IMG/VR virus record: IMGVR_UViG_3300013286_000014
Span: 1-61,083 of that record
Strand: one strand, 5' to 3'
Length of the DNA stretch: 61,083 nt
DNA from: a virus
Lineage: Duplodnaviria > Caudoviricetes
Positions 30,901 through 39,787 of the stretch are shown piece by piece. Below the pieces are notes generated by a model. That model did not search any database, was not told the origin of the DNA, and saw only the letters and a program-made list of their open reading frames with translations. The stretch's first letter is position 1. Each line of letters begins with the position of its first letter. A program made the position numbers and the translations under genes.

Positions 30901-33900
30901 CAGCAAATTACAGCACAGTAAACGGGATCACAACGTCAGAAGCAACGGCAGTATGGGATACCAAACAAGTTGGTCAATTATGGTGGGATGTACGCACTGC
31001 AAAAGTTATCGATGCCTATGAAAACGATCCAGTATACAGAAACACTAACTGGAACACACTGGCACCAGGTGCAACTATTGATATTTACGAGTGGGTTGGA
31101 ACAAAACTAAAACCTAATGCATGGGACACCCAAGCAGATACACCAGCTGGATTAACCAACAACATCAGTGGCAAGAGTTTGTATGGTGATGCAAAATACA
31201 GTATCAAGACAACTTACAATACTGTAACATTATCAACTGTTACAACATATTACTACTGGGTTAAAAACAGAAAATTTACTCCTAATGTTCCAGGCCGACA
31301 CATGGCTGCACAAGATGTGTCCAGTTTGATTGCAAATCCCCGAGGACAAGGATACACTTATCTTGCATTAACGGGTCTTGGTAGTTTTAGCCTGATCAAT
31401 GCCAAGTCTTATTTAAAATCTAATGAAGTGATATTGAGCGTTGAATATTGGACTGGCATCAAAACAGATCAAAATGTACACAGTCATTGGAATATCATCA
31501 GCGATGATCCAACAACTTATATCCCTTTGCCAATCGAACAAAAATGGATTGACAGCCTCTGCGGCAAAGACACAGCGGGCCGCGAAGTTCCTGATACAAG
31601 TCTACCAGTTAAACTACGTTATGGTATTGAGAATCGTCCAAGACAAGGCATGTTTGTCAACAGATTTGAAGCATTAAAACAGTTTGTTGAAACCGCAAAT
31701 CGGATATTGTTGGCAAATCAAATTGTTGAAGAAGCCAGTATCACTGCGCTACAAGGATATGATCCACAACCAACAGTGATATCTGGATTATACGATGTTA
31801 CATTCCCCACTGATGCTGAACTGGTGTATGCCAGTACCGGCAGTTTTACCCGAGCAACCATTGTGCCAGTAGTTGCTGACGGCAGGATTACCGGCGTAAC
31901 GATAGTTAATTCTGGTAAAGGATATCTGGTTGCACCTTATCTTACAATAGTAGGAGTGGGCGTTGGTGCCGTTGTTAGATCTATCATTAATAATAAAGGT
32001 CAAATCACAGGAGCCACTATAGTATCTAGGGGCGAAGGATACAGTGACAACACCACTTCTATCAATGTACGAGACTACTGTGCGCTGATACAGAGCGATA
32101 GTCAAGCAAACAACAACTGGAGCATTTACAGTTATGATCCAATACAAAGATCTTGGGCAAGAATTTTAACCCAAAGCTACGATGTAAGAGAATTTTGGAG
32201 TTATGCCGATTGGTATGGTTCTTATACCAGCAATACGGGCAAGGTAATATTCACAGCTTCACAATTCACTGTTGCAAAGTTTTCAGTAGCCACCCTAACA
32301 GAATTAAACGGTATTCAACCTGCCATTGGTGATACTGTTAAAGTTAGAGTTACCAATGCCGGCGGCTGGGAATTACTTTACAAATATGCTAATTCCACTA
32401 GTGTGGATTGGACACAGTCCTACGCCACGGTGGGTATCCAGAACGGTACTATACAATTGAGCAGTAGTTTATACAATCTATCCAATACAGATTTAGGATT
32501 TGATAATACAATTTTTGATAGCAACAGCTATGATAAAGTTGCAAGTATTGAGTTAAGAATTATTTTAGACACACTTAAGAATAAGATTTTTACACAACAT
32601 GCAAACCTTAATGGTGCATATTCGGATTTATTCTTTGCCAGTGTACGATATGCACTGAGCGAACAACCGTATGTGGATTGGATTTTTAAAACTAGTTTTG
32701 TCAAGGCACAGCATAATGTGGGACAGTTGGACCAGCCAGTTACATACCAGGCTGACAATCTAGCTAATTTTGAAGATTATGTAAACGAAGTCAAGCCGTA
32801 TAAAACCAAAGTGAGAGAATATATTAGTAACTATGACAGTTTGGATCCGGCAAAATTACCAATTACTGACTTTGATTTACAACCAATCTATCAAAACAAT
32901 GCGCTAACTGTTATTAATACATTTGTGGACAATGGCAAATTATCAACAACTAACGCCATAGTACAGCAATATCCGTGGAAATTTTGGTTGGATAATGGTG
33001 GCTTTGAAGTAGTAGATCTAAAATTGACCAGTAGCGGTTCCAAATACATAACTGAACCAGAAGTAATTATTACCAGCGACAGCGGCAGTGGTGCAACAGC
33101 AAGAGCATTTATTTCTAATGAAAAAATTAACAGAATTATATTGCTAACTCCGGGCAGTGGATATTTGTCAGCACCCAAGATAGAAATTCGCGGCGGCACG
33201 TTGATAGATGGAACCAGTGCAACTGCAAGTGCTATTATTGGCAACAGCGTTGTCCGTGGAACACTAGTTGGTATCAAATTTGATCGAATCAATTCCACAT
33301 ATTTTATCACTCAGCAATCTAAAACTGAAACATTTACTGGCACTGGCAGCAGACAACAATTTCTGTTGGTATGGGGTCCTGATATTAAGATAGGACAAAG
33401 CACAGTATACATTGATAATATTTTGGCACTACGAGACAGTTATATAATGTATGTTGTTAAATCAGCAAATTTAGGATATACAACATATTCTGGAATTATA
33501 CAATTTGATACAGCTCCTAAAAAAGGCAGTACAATTCGTGTAACTTACAATATTGATCCTTCGTTGATGCAAGCAACTGATAGAATACAATATTTGTATA
33601 ATTCTGCCACAGGCGAGTTGGGAAAAGATTTATCACAATTAATGACAGGTGTTGATTATGGTGGCGTAATTGTTGATGGGACTGGATTTCAGATATCCAA
33701 CGGTTGGGACAGTTTACCCTATTATTCAGATCAGTGGGATTCATTTGACGAAGCATTTAATGATTATACCGTAGTTGTTGGAGCTGATACTCATGCATTC
33801 ACTTTACCGTATACACCACCAGCCGGCGTACAGTTAACATTGTACAGAAAACAAAGCAATGTAGATACATATCAATCCGACGGTGTAACTAAAACTTATA

Positions 33901-36900
33901 CATACTCAACGGCTGATGTTGCTCCTTACGTTACTGTTACAAACAATCTTGAAACTACTGGAGTGTCTGCTACATTTACCAGTATCAATCGGGTAGCTAG
34001 TTTATTTGGAACTATATTAGTTGTTTCAAATACTACTGGAATTGTTGCAGGTATGGGAGTGATAGGTGCAGGGTTTGCAAGTGGACAAACGGTCAGTTCA
34101 GTGACAAATGGTACAACATTGGTCCTAAGTATTCCAGCAGATAGCCAGCCTAGTGGCACAATACAATTTATTCGTAATGTTGTAGGTAGTGCAACTTTGA
34201 ATGTAACCAGTACAGTTGCACTAAAAGTAGGTGATGTTGTAACTTTATTAAATTTAAATTCATTCAGTTATAACACTACGGTGCTGTCTATTCCAAATAG
34301 TACAACAATTATTTTGAGTAACATCATTTATCAAACTATTCCTCCAGGAACTTACATAACATTTACACGTAAACTGATACAGCCAACAGACGTTACTATT
34401 AAGACAGATGGAACAATTATTTTAACCAATTTGGCCAACTCTAAAATAGTTGCTGGAACATTGATTAATATTATTGGACAAATTAATCCAGTACGACTCG
34501 ATGATCCAAACTATAATATACAACCTTATTTCCAACAGTTGATAAACGCATTTGCATACGATACAGCATTTACTACAGGCACTATGCAAAGTATTTTTGC
34601 AGGACTTGATATTCTAACACAAGTTAAAACTTACGGTTATGATCCCATGACAACTGCCAACAGTGTCACAGCATTGGCAAACAAGATACTAGCCATTCCA
34701 ACGGTGGCTGGCGCTTCTTTAGCTGCCGTGGATGCCATTAACACTAACCTTGCTACGATTATAGAAATCATTGATCAGGCCAACAGTGGAATTATTCCAA
34801 CACCAGAATTCCCGCCATATGCTGGTCTGGATACTGGCTATGTAAATGCAGGAATACTGTTGTTTGATAACATAACATTCATACAATTTGAAATGGTTGC
34901 TTACATAACAGCAAATTATCCTAGTTTGACATATGACCAGAATATTTTCCAACAGGACATGCAAAATATAGTATGGAGTTTGATTTATGATTTGACATAC
35001 GGCGGCAACAGTCAGTCTGTGCAACGTGGTCTAACATATTGGTCATCTAACAATATTTTAAGAACCGATCTTGGTACAGCATGGCCCGGAATTTATACTC
35101 GTCTAGCTAGTATTGCACAAAGTATTATTATCAAATCAGCAGTAACTAGATTACAAACAATTGTTGCACAATACAAGCCACTCAGTATTTTAACTGGCGG
35201 CTCAATTGCAAGTACCAGCATTTCAAATAATATTGCCACAATTAAATCAATAGTTACTGCACTTGGTAGACCATCGGTGACACCAGTTTATCCGTCACTC
35301 AGCAATGCACCGGTTATTTTACAACCGGTAGCAACTGCAATACTTAATGCATCATTAATTCCAAAATTTAATACAACCGCAATTGTAAACACATTCTTGT
35401 CTAACGGATTACCGGACAGCAACGGTGTGGTATCCAAGACATTTACAATTCCTACTCCCTATACATTGATCGACGGTGGAGCAAGTTATACCACACTTGA
35501 TACTGAAGTTGATGATGGTGGAAACGCTAGCTCGTCTCCAAGTGTGGTAGACGATGGCGGTACTGCAATATCCAGTGGATTTGTTGTGTCCAATCTTGAC
35601 CAGTTCACCATTAGACAAATTACTAGCGATGGTAGCATCAAGCCTAAAGAAACAGATTATGATACTGCATTGAATGGCGGAGATACCAGCACTGCATTAC
35701 AAGGCGTGTATGCTACTGCTACTGGATTAAATGCCGATGATATCATTGTAGACGGTGACGATTTAGTTACTACAACATCAAGCCCAGCACCAGAAGAAGT
35801 TGTTCCTGGACAAGTGGTTGATACAGTGGCAATCAAGGTGTTTGACAAACCGTATAACGGCAGTGCAACAATGCGTGTTGACAATTTTGTTGCCAACGGT
35901 ACCAAAAAGAGTTTTACATTAAGTCAAACTCCTAACGGTAAAGGCGCAGTAATTGTGAAATTAGATAACACCATTAAAACATTGACAACCCATTATACAA
36001 TAGATTACAGAAATAATCTAGTGGAATTTATAACAGCACCAGCAGCCAATGCACAAGTTAGTTTGTTCAGTGTTGGATTTAATGGCGCAAACATTTTGGA
36101 TATTGACCACTTTGTTTCCAACGGATACAGTACTGAAATTGTATCGAATGCCACTTGGCAGGAGAATATTAGTACTCTAGTGTATGTTGATGGAGTTGTA
36201 GTCAATCCTGAAATATTCAAAACAGATTCAAGTTATGATCTATCTAATGCCATTGCATTTAGATTTGCAGTTGCTCCAGCAGAAAATGCTTTGATTAACT
36301 TTGTAATAGTTGCAGGTGTTCAGCAGACATTTGCCATTACCAAAGTAGAAACTGTTGCCACAACTGGTGCCTTAACATATACTTTACAAAATCGAGTAGG
36401 TAATAGCTTGCCTGCAGAATCCAACATGATTGTGCGGGTAGACCAAACAATTTTGTCAGCACCTAACAACAGTTATTTTACAATTGGCAGTAATAGATTA
36501 AATTATTCTATTGATTCTACAAAATTTGTTCCGTACTCAGTGGACATTACAGCTCTCGTAGTATTGGTCGGCGGAGTTACATTACAAGCTGGGCCTGATT
36601 ATATTGCTGACCTCGGTGGTATCACAATTAAACTTACTAGAAAAATTTACAACTTATACAAGGGTCAAACATTGGTTATAAGTGTATTGACTGGTGCAGG
36701 CTATTCTTATAATTCTACCACAGGACAAATTACATTTGCGCAAGCATATGACAATACTCGTGTGGTGCAAGTTATCAGTAGTTATCAGCATGATATTTTA
36801 AATATTCAACGTACCACAATTAATGTGATAGGCACATCTCTGCTGGTGCCCAACAGTGCAAATTATTTTTACTACCAAGACACTGCTGGCGGACTAGTAA

Positions 36901-38018
36901 CACTGGATCGTCCAGTGATAAGTGATTACTATGTTTGGGTAATTAAAAATTCATTGTTGCTAACACCAACAGTTGATTATAAACTAAATGATGATCATCA
37001 AAGTATCACATTGGCCAAAGAGTTAACTACCAACGATCAAATCACACTAATGACATTTGGTTCAGCTGTAATAACTCCGGGCATTGCTTACATGCAATTC
37101 AAAGACATGCTGAATCGCGTAAGTTACAAGCGTTTGAGTATGTCTAAACAAACAACATTGGCAAATGATTTGAAGTGGAATGACACGGCCATTGTGTTGG
37201 TAGATGCTGGTAATTTTGAAGCGCCAAGTCCTGCAAATAATAAACCCGGGGTTATTGAAATTCGTGGCGAGCGTATTGAATACTTTGTCAAAAGTGGTAA
37301 CACTCTGAGTCAGCTACGCCGTGGCACATTGGGAACTGGTGTATTTTATAATAATTTTGCTGGCACACTGGCACAAGACATTGGCGCAGGTGAAACAGTT
37401 CCTTACAAAGATACGCAAACAGTGACGCAAATTATCAGCGACGGCACCAAAATAATACCATTAGATTTTGTTCCGGCAAGTGCAAACGCCATTGAAGTAT
37501 TTGTAGGCGGATACAATACAGATAATGAATGGACCACTGATGTAGCCTACGTTGTAGGAGCCATTGTGAAACAAGGTCCTTATACTTATAGATGCATAAC
37601 CGCCCACACCAGTACAGCATTTTTTGATGATGTGGCCAAATGGACTTTCTTTATTGGCAATATTCGATTAAAGAAAACTCCATACAAGGTATTCAATATC
37701 AACAAGGCCCCAGACAGTCCTGCTGGCGATGTGATATTTCCTGCAGACTTTACAGTTGACGGGGTAACCAAGCAGATAACATTGACCAATTTGTTAGACT
37801 TTGGAATACAAGTAACAGTGGTACAAAACACTGGTGTAGCATGGGATAATAAGATTAGTGTGCTTTACGATGCCGGAAAGATTAGCGAATTCTTAAGAGC
37901 TGAACCTGGCATCTGGCATACTCCCTACAAGCAGATAAGTATTACAGCAACTGGAACATTTGACAGTGCTGGAGATACATTGGACAGTGCTAATATAACA
38001 TTCGATCAAGGAACGTAA
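21924..38018 (+). CDS. Giant modular baseplate/virion structural protein (5364 aa, gp7 position)
   Basis: Uninterrupted ORF right after gp6; N-terminal 'FLP..YQ...NKKFL.ATLDQL'; beta-rich modules, propeller-like 'FG.SI' repeats, CBM-like W..G..Y modules, 'Y.NEVKPY.TK.RE'. Confidence 0.85.
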   Translation: MANKNNPLGNTNLTVNFLPKFYQSDANKKFLQATLDQLYQPGSIKKINGFVGRENAKSSTGTDIYLEASDRVRQDYQLEPAITITDNIGNQTFFKDYIDYINQIKTFGGNTANHARLNKQEFYSWDPHIDWDKFVNFQNYYWIPYGPDTIRLQGQQKAINSTYTVSIERELSNNEYLFTPNGFTRNPVLKLYRGQTYTFEINSPGNPFSIKTARTPGQSDRYLVDTIDNYGVEVGTMTFSVPLDAPTLLFYQSESDLQLGGAIQVLSITADTYIDVEKELLGKKHYTLSNGTQLSNGMKLAFLGNVTPTEYASGEFYVEGVGIAIKLISTSRLEIINPYTEEKTIPFDSDKFDTQPFSDATGYAGQSDYIVIDRGSNDANNWSRYNRWFHKDVVAASSLYNGNPVNLDQTARAIRPIIEFNADLKLANFGTMAIADVDILDDYTTDAFSTIEGSFAYSVDGVSLADGQRVIFTADPDTLVKNKVFKVTFVNVLHLNNGSRQIHLEEISSPSLNQVALVKFGTKHQGNAFWYNGTTWARGQLKTKVNQAPLFDVVDEKGISYADTTVYNGSTFVGTTLFSYKLGSGTTDSALGFPLSYRNISNIGDIVFNFTLATDTFQYKQGTALLTQAINVGYLVGQTFAGKLTYKNGWQLCTAPNVQAAIRIYKNSGITNYFNIDIFDDITNLNDLVVRIYINGHRLDPMAWTLIDAPAHKQVQLRTDIALSDVLTIRAFAAQPINSIGYYEIPVNLQNNPLNNAMGDFTLGEVSDHVNSIVDNLDTIFVGSFPGSGNLRDLGNVTQYGTKFVQHSGPMSLAIYHITSESNNVIRSIEQARDDYNNFKRNFIKIASNLGVDGDTVTITNLVLQKINKDKPKTSPYYFSDMVPYGACVVTDLNVVDYRIKQYPLTKPFVLTTLSNDAVGVYLNSVQLIYEQDYRLLDTGFVVIDSSVKMNTGDVITTREYDSTDGCFVPATPTKMGIWPKFAPKIYTDTSLVTPRVMIQGHDGSQVLAYGDYRDDLILELEKRIFNNIKIQYDTAIFDVTDVIPGYNRKTDYNLSEFNEVLAPNFYKWTALAGRDFTKPLGTFSVNNTFTYNYSDTVGPDGKPVPGYWRGIYRWLLDTDRPNLCPWEMLGFSIEPKWWATVYGVGPYTGDNFPMWQDISEGMVREPGVPAVKLTKYVKPFLMNHIPVNSDGTLLSPIDSGLVSGPTVLTMDGGFVFGDVNPVEAAWRRSSHYPFSVLISATLLNPANTFGLLLDRANIKRNRAGQLIYANTNLRVRPTDVVLPSIYSSATRVQTAGLVNYIVDHILNFVFSNNVRSYNQYATDLDTLASQISYRVGAFTSKEQFNLLLDSKTPLSTGSVFIPQENYHVNINTSSPIKKITYSGVIITKLHSGYEVKGYSTTQPYFKYYPYLQTGQRINVGGISESYATWTPGQQYVANSVLLYKGQYYRTLSSTTSSATFDPTAFSRLGELPVVGGANAVLRKLWDRNNPVVVPYGTEFTKIQDVVDFLQGYGEWLTDRGFVFDDFNNNLNAVSNWENSAREFLFWTTQNWNSGADKWADWNPAEPVTYGTIVKYNGDYYSALYNLAATDVFDPIKYTKLEGLSNIGSSVISLSPSANKLTFKTDLSVVDNISNQFYEYEIFKVDGTPLAPLFLDSYRENNTVSYSPRTTDGIYGASFYLIQNEHVITIDNTTIFNDVVYNPESGYRQERVKVAGHVSIDWYGGLDVPGFIFDQANVKQWQIWQDYSLGDIVNNQGFYYSALSALSGTETFNPHTWVQLTNKPTPKLIPNWTYKAGQFTDFYNLDSDNFDVAQQTMAHHLIGYQKRQYLNNIIQDNVSEFKFFQGMIREKGTQNSLNKLFDVLSSDSKASLKFYEEWAVRAGQYGASRAFENIEFVLDEGQFKLNPQGFQLVTAPDVTLNDTFIIQQKSTDVYLKPLGYNSKPWPLLTNYKPFLRSAGYVNSTEVSISLGYLPEIAALDNATVNEGAYIWVAFEGPSWNLYRYTDIHMSVTNVTYNASAKTLTITAENLTGFVSGSWIGLAQVEKLKGFYQIISVELNSFTVAANITGFPSPFKQSNELVVYALISQRTSSIDTLDSVLTTKLSPGELIWTDDSGNGKWASWMFNPIYTISDVNNSAPQNQLRFGNTIAVNNKGTLAAVGSSFGELITYDKVGTVTPWVQRQVIASPFIATNVVALTTGNTALNSTTVIMSSANPSMIGGFIDGPGVPYDTLVVSAVNGVSITISQKANATTTASTYTIITNPNPATAIATSIAFSADGTWMASGSPLAGYAVTDYLGAWDNTVVYGPNLIVSTGSGTSTTYWQALSNVPANKPPASNLAYWTPIYYLPVDSYGTWSINDSYLENTLVVYKSKVYKNVVTATASGLPSIYGQTTVNVLSTNGTTYILTADTTAGLAPNYQIIFTGNVFGGILSGGLYYVSTVLSSTTFTITALQYSTSLTPVTTAFGSMQATQQPQPAPGGNNQWAEQSTQAGPAGQGVISLYKKDPNNIYGLVDTIVSPFPAANENFGSKIVFGNDTAYVSAPGYNGVGRVYKLKYATTIQAQSAYNPVGSTNATVVVTSTAGVRVGMYVINPAFTSDQTVAQVLDSRTVILSGSPNSIPSGIIKFAIVGWGYDFTEIYTGTQPGAAFGNSISLSQDNLTLAIGADTGTVNGVLSIYKNTGTGFNPALPLQSISGTTKNFGISTSVSDNGTYIAVSDDSATVGGIIQRGGVTVYKFTAGTYTPYQTLTPYQPEINGHFGNKLSFMNDHETLVVYSQYGDTIITTTFDNKTTTFDKNSTDFAFTQTNSGRVDVYDMYATKWVFSESLTKSNPVKTAGNFIRNNVYQILTLGTTDFTAIGASTNAIGVTFTATSDGYGTGTAALVTNETLIADGYGVGFAVGSNHILIGAPESTDQGFNSGKVYDYGKPLNAYTWTIDHSEVDKPDVTKIKQAFLYNRVTGELITHLDVIDIAQGKIPGPADEEIMYKSFYDPANYSTVNGITTSEATAVWDTKQVGQLWWDVRTAKVIDAYENDPVYRNTNWNTLAPGATIDIYEWVGTKLKPNAWDTQADTPAGLTNNISGKSLYGDAKYSIKTTYNTVTLSTVTTYYYWVKNRKFTPNVPGRHMAAQDVSSLIANPRGQGYTYLALTGLGSFSLINAKSYLKSNEVILSVEYWTGIKTDQNVHSHWNIISDDPTTYIPLPIEQKWIDSLCGKDTAGREVPDTSLPVKLRYGIENRPRQGMFVNRFEALKQFVETANRILLANQIVEEASITALQGYDPQPTVISGLYDVTFPTDAELVYASTGSFTRATIVPVVADGRITGVTIVNSGKGYLVAPYLTIVGVGVGAVVRSIINNKGQITGATIVSRGEGYSDNTTSINVRDYCALIQSDSQANNNWSIYSYDPIQRSWARILTQSYDVREFWSYADWYGSYTSNTGKVIFTASQFTVAKFSVATLTELNGIQPAIGDTVKVRVTNAGGWELLYKYANSTSVDWTQSYATVGIQNGTIQLSSSLYNLSNTDLGFDNTIFDSNSYDKVASIELRIILDTLKNKIFTQHANLNGAYSDLFFASVRYALSEQPYVDWIFKTSFVKAQHNVGQLDQPVTYQADNLANFEDYVNEVKPYKTKVREYISNYDSLDPAKLPITDFDLQPIYQNNALTVINTFVDNGKLSTTNAIVQQYPWKFWLDNGGFEVVDLKLTSSGSKYITEPEVIITSDSGSGATARAFISNEKINRIILLTPGSGYLSAPKIEIRGGTLIDGTSATASAIIGNSVVRGTLVGIKFDRINSTYFITQQSKTETFTGTGSRQQFLLVWGPDIKIGQSTVYIDNILALRDSYIMYVVKSANLGYTTYSGIIQFDTAPKKGSTIRVTYNIDPSLMQATDRIQYLYNSATGELGKDLSQLMTGVDYGGVIVDGTGFQISNGWDSLPYYSDQWDSFDEAFNDYTVVVGADTHAFTLPYTPPAGVQLTLYRKQSNVDTYQSDGVTKTYTYSTADVAPYVTVTNNLETTGVSATFTSINRVASLFGTILVVSNTTGIVAGMGVIGAGFASGQTVSSVTNGTTLVLSIPADSQPSGTIQFIRNVVGSATLNVTSTVALKVGDVVTLLNLNSFSYNTTVLSIPNSTTIILSNIIYQTIPPGTYITFTRKLIQPTDVTIKTDGTIILTNLANSKIVAGTLINIIGQINPVRLDDPNYNIQPYFQQLINAFAYDTAFTTGTMQSIFAGLDILTQVKTYGYDPMTTANSVTALANKILAIPTVAGASLAAVDAINTNLATIIEIIDQANSGIIPTPEFPPYAGLDTGYVNAGILLFDNITFIQFEMVAYITANYPSLTYDQNIFQQDMQNIVWSLIYDLTYGGNSQSVQRGLTYWSSNNILRTDLGTAWPGIYTRLASIAQSIIIKSAVTRLQTIVAQYKPLSILTGGSIASTSISNNIATIKSIVTALGRPSVTPVYPSLSNAPVILQPVATAILNASLIPKFNTTAIVNTFLSNGLPDSNGVVSKTFTIPTPYTLIDGGASYTTLDTEVDDGGNASSSPSVVDDGGTAISSGFVVSNLDQFTIRQITSDGSIKPKETDYDTALNGGDTSTALQGVYATATGLNADDIIVDGDDLVTTTSSPAPEEVVPGQVVDTVAIKVFDKPYNGSATMRVDNFVANGTKKSFTLSQTPNGKGAVIVKLDNTIKTLTTHYTIDYRNNLVEFITAPAANAQVSLFSVGFNGANILDIDHFVSNGYSTEIVSNATWQENISTLVYVDGVVVNPEIFKTDSSYDLSNAIAFRFAVAPAENALINFVIVAGVQQTFAITKVETVATTGALTYTLQNRVGNSLPAESNMIVRVDQTILSAPNNSYFTIGSNRLNYSIDSTKFVPYSVDITALVVLVGGVTLQAGPDYIADLGGITIKLTRKIYNLYKGQTLVISVLTGAGYSYNSTTGQITFAQAYDNTRVVQVISSYQHDILNIQRTTINVIGTSLLVPNSANYFYYQDTAGGLVTLDRPVISDYYVWVIKNSLLLTPTVDYKLNDDHQSITLAKELTTNDQITLMTFGSAVITPGIAYMQFKDMLNRVSYKRLSMSKQTTLANDLKWNDTAIVLVDAGNFEAPSPANNKPGVIEIRGERIEYFVKSGNTLSQLRRGTLGTGVFYNNFAGTLAQDIGAGETVPYKDTQTVTQIISDGTKIIPLDFVPASANAIEVFVGGYNTDNEWTTDVAYVVGAIVKQGPYTYRCITAHTSTAFFDDVAKWTFFIGNIRLKKTPYKVFNINKAPDSPAGDVIFPADFTVDGVTKQITLTNLLDFGIQVTVVQNTGVAWDNKISVLYDAGKISEFLRAEPGIWHTPYKQISITATGTFDSAGDTLDSANITFDQGT

Positions 38019-38019
38019 G

Positions 38020-39786
38020 ATGTCGCAAAATATAATTAACATAGGTACGCTTGCAGGGGATCGCACAGGCGATAGCTTGCGTACCGCAGGGCAGAAGATA
38101 AACTCAAATTTTACCGAGTTGTATGGTATTGTAAACTCTGCATCACTGCCTGCAAGAACTGGCAACAACGGTAAAGCATTGTTTACTGACGGCACAGCAG
38201 TTTATTGGGCACCAGTTGTTGCTACCAATGGAGTTACCACTACTGGAAGCTATGCAAACCCTACATGGATTACTAACCTAGCGTATGGAAAAATTACAGA
38301 TGTGCCCACTGCAACCACCGGTATTGCCGGAGTTGTAAAGGTCGACGGAACTACCATCATTATCAACAATGGAGTGATTTCAGCGTCACCCACAGCTGGG
38401 TCTTTGACTAACGGTGCATACACTGTGACATTATCGGCGGTAGACGGTACTTTGACACTGCCTCGAGGACAATTTGACTTTAATGATCCTTATGTTAGAT
38501 TCAAATATAACACCATGACCGCGGGTGCTGGTGTTCAGATGGGATCACCGGACGATCAAAATTATGTTAATGTAGATTCTTCTGCGGTCACAATTCAGGT
38601 CAATAGCGACAGTTTAGGCGGCTTAACTCAAAAAAACTGGATTTTTGATACAACAGGTAAATTAACAGTTCCTGGCGGTTTATCTTTCCAAGGTAGTACC
38701 AGCGGTTTAGTAACAATTCGTGCAGGTACAACGCCCGCAGTACAAACATACACATTGCCTGGTGCGTACCCGGGTGCTAATAATTATGTATTAGCAAGTT
38801 CAACAGCTGGAGTTTTAAGTTGGATATTACCAACCGGCTCAGGCACAGTTACCAGCGTTACTTTAAGTTTGCCTAGTCAATTTAATGTAACTATACCCAC
38901 AGTGACCACATCCGGCACATTAACGGCTTCTTGGAATACACAGACTGCCAACTATATATTAGCAGGGCCTACTACTGGCACCGCTGCCGCTCCAGTATTC
39001 CGTGCATTAGTGGCCGCAGATATTCCAGCATTAACGTATCAAACACCAATCGGAACAATTAGTGGATTAGTTAAAGGCAATGGCGCAAATGCCCTTACTG
39101 CCGCAACTGCCGGAGTTGACTATCAAACAGCGCAAAATGTTACTGGTATAGTAAAATCAAGCGGAACAACACGCACCGCCGCAACCAGCGGAACTGATTA
39201 TTCAGCTGGCACCAGTGCGCTGGCAACTGGCATTATAAAAAGTACAACCACAACTGGGGCATTGACCATTGCCGCTGCCGCAGACATTAATACAACATTT
39301 GGTAGTCAGACACAAAATTTTGTTTATGCCGCACCAATCTCGACCAACGGTAATCCTTCATTCCGTGCGTTGACAGTTACCGATATGCCAATATCTGGTC
39401 TACAAAGCCGATCAACTGTATCAGCAACTACCGGAAGTTTAGCATATCAAACAAGTGCAACAATTACAATTCCAGTTGCCAAAGGATATGCATTGTATAG
39501 CATACAGTCCAGTGTGGGATCTTGGGTAACCATTTATACCAACAGTACCTACATGACCAACGACAGTACTAGAAGTATCACAACTGATCCGACTCCAGGC
39601 AACGGTGTAGTTGCTGAGTCAGTGACTACTGGCACCACAACTACATACGCAACGTTTGCGCCAGCGGTAATGGGTTATAACATAGATAGCCCGGTAACTA
39701 CTAATTTATATATGAAAGTTTATAATAATAGTGGATCCACTGCCGCAATCACGGTTACTTTAATATATTTGAAATTAGAAGCTTAA
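38020..39786 (+). CDS. Tail fibre-like protein with gp9/gp10-type N-terminal attachment motif
   Basis: 'INIGT..GD.TGDSLR.AG.KIN.NF.ELY'; Thr/Gly/Ser-rich; internal repeats (P.FRAL...D.P twice, AAT.G.DY twice). Confidence 0.75.
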   Translation: MSQNIINIGTLAGDRTGDSLRTAGQKINSNFTELYGIVNSASLPARTGNNGKALFTDGTAVYWAPVVATNGVTTTGSYANPTWITNLAYGKITDVPTATTGIAGVVKVDGTTIIINNGVISASPTAGSLTNGAYTVTLSAVDGTLTLPRGQFDFNDPYVRFKYNTMTAGAGVQMGSPDDQNYVNVDSSAVTIQVNSDSLGGLTQKNWIFDTTGKLTVPGGLSFQGSTSGLVTIRAGTTPAVQTYTLPGAYPGANNYVLASSTAGVLSWILPTGSGTVTSVTLSLPSQFNVTIPTVTTSGTLTASWNTQTANYILAGPTTGTAAAPVFRALVAADIPALTYQTPIGTISGLVKGNGANALTAATAGVDYQTAQNVTGIVKSSGTTRTAATSGTDYSAGTSALATGIIKSTTTTGALTIAAAADINTTFGSQTQNFVYAAPISTNGNPSFRALTVTDMPISGLQSRSTVSATTGSLAYQTSATITIPVAKGYALYSIQSSVGSWVTIYTNSTYMTNDSTRSITTDPTPGNGVVAESVTTGTTTTYATFAPAVMGYNIDSPVTTNLYMKVYNNSGSTAAITVTLIYLKLEA

Positions 39787-39787
39787 C

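Noticed and set aside
21924-38018. Intein, intron or stop-codon recoding in the giant gene
   Set aside because: Continuous ORF in the standard code with no intein or homing-endonuclease motifs seen; TAA, TGA and TAG all end genes elsewhere in the window.
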